10,260 nucleotides of DNA from the UHGV virus genome UHGV-0142786. One strand, given 5' to 3'. The position numbers and the translations under genes were made by a program. Under the pieces are notes generated by a model. It saw nothing but the letters and a program-made list of their open reading frames with translations. It had not been told where the DNA came from and ran no database searches. The stretch comes from a virus. Numbering within the stretch: position 1 is the first letter of the stretch; each line of letters starts with the position of its first letter. Below are positions 7,525 through 10,260 of this stretch, piece by piece.

Positions 7525-8178
7525 ATGAAATGGTATGAACTGGCTAGATCCAGAATGAAAGAGCTCGGCATAACTCAAGAGAAGTTAGCCGAAGAGCTAG
7601 GTATGACGCAGGGTGGAATTGGACACTGGTTGCGCGGATCTCGTCATCCATCTCTTAGTGATATTGGTGTGGTGTTTAAATACCTTGGTATTGATAACAT
7701 ATCATTCAACCACGACGGGACATTTTCACCTGTTGGCGAATACTCATCGGCCCCAGTTAAAAAACAATATGAGTACCCTGTTTTTTCTCATGTTCAGGCT
7801 GGGATGTTCTCTCCAGAACTCAGAACCTTTACCAAAGGCGATGCGGAGAGATTGGTAAGCACAACCAAAAAAGCCAGTGACTCTGCATTCTGGCTTGAGG
7901 TTGAAGGTAACTCAATGACCGCACCAACAGGTTCCAAACCTAGTTTTCCTGACGGGATGTTAATTCTGGTTGACCCAGAGCAAGCTGTTGAGCCCGGCGA
8001 TTTCTGCATAGCCAGACTTGGTGGTGATGAGTTTACCTTCAAGAAACTGATCAGGGATAGCGGTCAGGTGTTTCTACAGCCACTAAACCCACAATACCCA
8101 ATGATCCCATGCAATGAGAGTTGTTCCGTTGTGGGGAAAGTTATCGCTAGTCAGTGGCCTGAAGAGACGTTTGGGTAG
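7525..8178 (+). CDS. cI: CI prophage repressor: HTH N-terminal domain plus LexA/S24-type autocleavage C-terminal domain
   Basis: C-terminal domain from [14 protein letters not shown] to WPEETFG is essentially identical to lambda CI as I recall it; the N-terminal domain is unrelated to lambda. Track ORF from 7408 is over-extended into the cro start. ATG 7525 has an AAGGA Shine-Dalgarno at 7 nt; ATG 7519 is the alternative. Confidence 0.85.
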   Translation: MKWYELARSRMKELGITQEKLAEELGMTQGGIGHWLRGSRHPSLSDIGVVFKYLGIDNISFNHDGTFSPVGEYSSAPVKKQYEYPVFSHVQAGMFSPELRTFTKGDAERLVSTTKKASDSAFWLEVEGNSMTAPTGSKPSFPDGMLILVDPEQAVEPGDFCIARLGGDEFTFKKLIRDSGQVFLQPLNPQYPMIPCNESCSVVGKVIASQWPEETFG

Positions 8179-8366
8179 AGGCGAAGCAGCAATTGGTTTG
8201 ATTTGGTATTGCTATTTTTTCTCTAAAGTTGTTGAGCATTTTTCCGTTAGATAAAAATAGACGCAAATTTACATGATTTTTTTGTGCTGTATTGCTTGCT
8301 GAAAGCTAGGTTTTGCGTAAACTTCAATTACTCAAATTAGAGTAAACAACATATAGGACACCCCAC

Positions 8367-8588
8367 ATGAAAAAATCTGCAAAGCACTTTTTCAGCGCTA
8401 TGGGCTCTATCCTTGACCTTTGCCCAGCAGGTAGCTACAGCGAGTATCATTCAAATGCTACAGACATCGACCTTATCAACTCAGATTGGGTTAAGGTAGG
8501 TAGTTACGTTAGAGACGCTGTAACTGATAATGAGCAGAAAAAAATCCCAAAGAAAGCTTCAAACCGCCGCCCCGAGAAATCTTGTTAA
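8367..8588 (+). CDS. Hypothetical small protein (73 aa as read), first ORF of the rex-position cassette
   Basis: AGGA Shine-Dalgarno 8 nt upstream of ATG 8367. No homology recognised. The 3' end overlaps the next ORF by 59 nt across an A7 run. Confidence 0.5.
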   Translation: MKKSAKHFFSAMGSILDLCPAGSYSEYHSNATDIDLINSDWVKVGSYVRDAVTDNEQKKIPKKASNRRPEKSC

Positions 8589-9063
8589 CCAACCAACTCC
8601 GTTAGGGCGAGTTCAAGACGGTAAAACCGAACTGCTTATAAATGAGGTCGCAAAGAACCCTCAAGTTCTTGAGCGCCTCATGGACAGGCCAGATCTAGCT
8701 GGCATCATGATGCAGGTGACTCACACTAGATCAGGGCCACTCCCAGACGCTGACGAATTAGCTAAGTACGAAAGAATATCTCCAGGATTCGCTCGCGAAA
8801 TAATGGACATGGCTAAGGCTGAGCAAAAACACAGACACGAGTATTACAAAGCAGGACAGAGGGGAGCAATTTGGCGAGATCGACTCGGACAGATCTTTGC
8901 GATGACTTCTGTCTTTGTTTTCGCAGGAATTGCTTACAAGATGATTCAGCACGAGGCTTATGGCTGGGCTACCGGGCTTCTTGGTGCTGAGTTAGTTGCT
9001 TTAACTAGCGTGTTTATAATTGGAAGAAGAGACAAACCGAATCCAAAGCAAACTAAAAAATGA
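8530..9063 (+). CDS. Hypothetical membrane protein with two C-terminal transmembrane helices, possibly DUF2335-like
   Basis: 177-aa ORF. Motif LPDADELAKYERISPGFAREIMDMAKAEQKHRHEY followed by hydrophobic IFAMTSVFVFAGIAY and WATGLLGAELVALTSVFIIG. The DUF2335 assignment is from memory and unverified. No clear Shine-Dalgarno at 8530. Confidence 0.6.
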   Translation: MSRKKSQRKLQTAAPRNLVNQPTPLGRVQDGKTELLINEVAKNPQVLERLMDRPDLAGIMMQVTHTRSGPLPDADELAKYERISPGFAREIMDMAKAEQKHRHEYYKAGQRGAIWRDRLGQIFAMTSVFVFAGIAYKMIQHEAYGWATGLLGAELVALTSVFIIGRRDKPNPKQTKK

Positions 9064-9066
9064 GAC

Positions 9067-9093
9067 AACCCGGCTTCCGCGCCGGGTTTTCTT
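9067..9093 (+). terminator. Rho-independent terminator closing the cI/rex-position operon
   Basis: Stem CCCGGC (9069-9074) / GCCGGG (9081-9086), then TTTTCTTT, directly after the stop at 9063. Confidence 0.7.
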
Positions 9094-9277
9094 TGCCTAA
9101 CGCCCCCAAAAAAACACATAACCAATTGTATTTATTTTAAAATTAATAGATACAACTCACTAAACAACGCAATTCTGATCTCTCCCTACATCGCCGAGGC
9201 AATACACCCACGCTAAAAAACAACACTATTAAATACAAAGCGTTGTAAAAAACCACCCCTCAATAGAACAAATCGTA

Positions 9278-9306
9278 TTGACCAGATAAAGTACATATCG
9301 TACTAT
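9278..9306 (+). promoter_or_regulatory. Candidate PL promoter
   Basis: TTGACC (9278-9283), 17-bp spacer, TACTAT (9301-9306), upstream of nutL and N. TACAA/TTGTA palindromes nearby at 9234-9247 and 9124-9134 may be OL sites. Confidence 0.4.
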
Positions 9307-9352
9307 TTAATCATCAGCAGGACGCTGGAAGCCAAATGGAACAGACTGGCAG

Positions 9353-9398
9353 GCTCTTTAAACAACGTCGAACACTCGACTACGTGGCTGAAAAGCCA
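9353..9398 (+). promoter_or_regulatory. nutL candidate: boxA-like GCTCTTTAA and boxB-like hairpin UGGCUGAAAAGCCA, 23 nt apart
   Basis: boxA at 9353-9361 (GGCTCTTTAAACAA resembles rrn boxA); boxB hairpin at 9385-9398. Same layout as the nutR candidate. Confidence 0.55.
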
Positions 9399-9422
9399 GA
9401 CCACCCAACCACATAAGCTGTG

Positions 9423-9472
9423 GGATGCAATGCCGAAGCAACCGGCTCAGGAGGAGCTTCGAGATTGCATCG
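9423..9472 (+). other. Long imperfect hairpin in the N leader, candidate RNase III processing or translational control structure
   Basis: GATGCAAT (9423-9430) pairs with ATTGCATC (9465-9472); CGAAGC (9433-9438) pairs with GCTTCG (9456-9461). Lies between nutL and the N Shine-Dalgarno GGGAGG (9486-9491). Confidence 0.4.
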
Positions 9473-9496
9473 CCAAAGTTTATTCGGGAGGAATCT

Positions 9497-9769
9497 ATGT
9501 CCAGAAAAACAGAATTTAAAGGCACCGCAGCTTCTCGCCGTAGAGCTCGTCGTGCAAACCTGCAAAGTCAGGAGGCGATCAGCTCTGACAAACTACACAG
9601 GCCAACCCCTTCACGAGTGGTCTTACAATGCAAACGCAAACCAGTAATGAGAGCAGAAGTAATAACACTGACAACGTTGACCAGAAAATATGAAGGCTCA
9701 ACTTGTCTTCCAAATGTAGCCATTTACGCGGCAGGCTACAGGAAATCCAAACAGCTGACAGCAAGATGA
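9497..9769 (+). CDS. N: N-type transcription antiterminator (90 aa)
   Basis: Arginine-rich motif GTAASRRRARRANLQ near the N-terminus; C-terminus LPNVAIYAAGYRKSKQLTAR resembles my recollection of P22 gene 24 (LPGVALYAAGHRKSKQITAR). Track ORF from 9425 is over-extended; ATG 9497 follows GGGAGG. Confidence 0.8.
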   Translation: MSRKTEFKGTAASRRRARRANLQSQEAISSDKLHRPTPSRVVLQCKRKPVMRAEVITLTTLTRKYEGSTCLPNVAIYAAGYRKSKQLTAR

Positions 9770-9819
9770 CTTGTGTTGGTCGCCAGAAAATGAAATTAGG
9801 CAGCAAACCACTTATTTGA
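9766..9819 (+). pseudogene. Fossil 3' end of a lambda-type N gene (17 codons), recombination scar
   Basis: Translation MTCVGRQKMKLGSKPLI resembles the lambda N C-terminus ITCSGRQKIKGKSIPLI. Starts one nucleotide before the functional N stop, in the +1 frame. Confidence 0.45.
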
Positions 9820-9827
9820 GGTGAGAT

Positions 9828-9914
9828 ATGGAAGAAGAATTTGAAGAGTTCGAAGAGCATCCTCAGGATGTGATGGAACAATACCAGGACTATCCGTATG
9901 ACTGCGACTATTGA
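9828..9914 (+). CDS. Candidate small acidic protein (28 aa)
   Basis: Hand translation MEEEFEEFEEHPQDVMEQYQDYPYDCDY. Strong GAGGTGA Shine-Dalgarno 6 nt upstream of ATG 9828. Too short for the ORF track; no homology recognised. Confidence 0.35.
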   Translation: MEEEFEEFEEHPQDVMEQYQDYPYDCDY

Positions 9915-10041
9915 TAAGAATCAATGGTGTGGGCAATACGAACGACGGCAATGATTGTCAGAGAACTTGGTAAACAGAACAACAAAGCTGCCTGATAGTG
10001 GCCTTTATTTTTGGCATAAATAACAGAATAAACACTGCACT

Positions 10042-10069
10042 GTGTATTCATTCCAACGAGTGAATACAC
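10042..10069. other. Inverted repeat GTGTATTCA / TGAATACAC with a 10-nt spacer
   Basis: Perfect 9-bp arms (10042-10050 and 10061-10069). Not followed by a T-run, so not an intrinsic terminator; could be a protein-binding site or RNA structure. Confidence 0.3.
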
Positions 10070-10131
10070 GGAGCAATGTCGCTCGTAACTAAACAGGAGC
10101 CGACTTGTTCTGATTATTGGAAATCTTCTTT

Positions 10132-10157
10132 GCCCTCCAGTGTGAGGGCGATTTTTT
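10132..10157 (+). terminator. Rho-independent terminator (tL1-like) downstream of N
   Basis: Stem GCCCTC (10132-10137) / GAGGGC (10144-10149), loop CAGTGT, then GATTTTTTAT. Confidence 0.6.
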
Positions 10158-10177
10158 ATCTGTGAGGATATGAATAG

Positions 10178-10260
10178 ATGTCAAACATCAAAAAATACAT
10201 CATTAATTACGACTGGAAAGCATCAATAGAAATTGAAATCGACCATGACGTAATGACAGA
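10178..10260 (+). CDS. Hypothetical protein, 5' end only; runs off the right edge of the window
   Basis: ATG 10178 preceded by GAGGA (10164-10168); open frame MSNIKKYIINYDWKASIEIEIDHDVMT continues to the window end. No homology recognised. Confidence 0.4.
   Translation, partial: MSNIKKYIINYDWKASIEIEIDHDVMT

Noticed and set aside
7613-8042. ORFs 7613..7858 (+) and 7794..8042 (-) inside cI
   Set aside because: Alternate-frame or antisense ORFs inside a CDS that matches the lambda CI C-terminal domain.
8758-8952. 64-aa minus-strand ORF inside the membrane-protein gene
   Set aside because: Antisense to the better-supported plus-strand ORF; no Shine-Dalgarno.
9380-9881. ORFs 9380..9565 (-), 9420..9647 (+), 9579..9881 (-) and the 9425 extension of N
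   Set aside because: They overlap nutL, the leader hairpin or N itself. N is supported by its arginine-rich motif, C-terminal homology and a GGGAGG Shine-Dalgarno at ATG 9497; the others have no support.
9926-9997. 23-aa ORF MVWAIRTTAMIVRELGKQNNKAA
   Set aside because: No Shine-Dalgarno and no distinctive composition; cannot be told from chance.
1-10260. tRNA, rRNA, integrase/attachment site, or insertion sequences
   Set aside because: No cloverleaf-like tRNA structure, no transposase or integrase ORF and no terminal inverted repeats were recognised; the only mobile-type element is the HNH endonuclease insertion.

Overview
This window is the immunity, replication and nin region of a lambdoid (lambda/P22/21-type mosaic) prophage, inverted relative to the lambda map. 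All assignments come from reading the sequence and from recalled protein sequences and motifs; no database search was run. The rightward early operon lies on the minus strand: cro, cII, a small ORF, an O-like initiator with ori iterons inside its gene, a TOPRIM primase-helicase in place of lambda P, a tR2-like terminator, then ninB, an inserted HNH endonuclease, ninC, ninD, ninE, a NinX-like ORF, ninF, a Rha/KilAC antirepressor-like gene and the start of ninG/rap. The plus strand carries cI (lambda-type C-terminal domain, non-lambda DNA-binding domain), a two-ORF cassette in the rexAB position, a terminator, PL/nutL, an N antiterminator with a fossil lambda-type N 3' end, small ORFs, a second terminator and a partial unknown gene. 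The strongest candidate for an undescribed system is the rex-position cassette at 8367-9063: a small protein plus a protein with two C-terminal transmembrane helices, the two ORFs overlapping across an A7 homopolymer so that an A6 tract would fuse them into one 230-aa protein.
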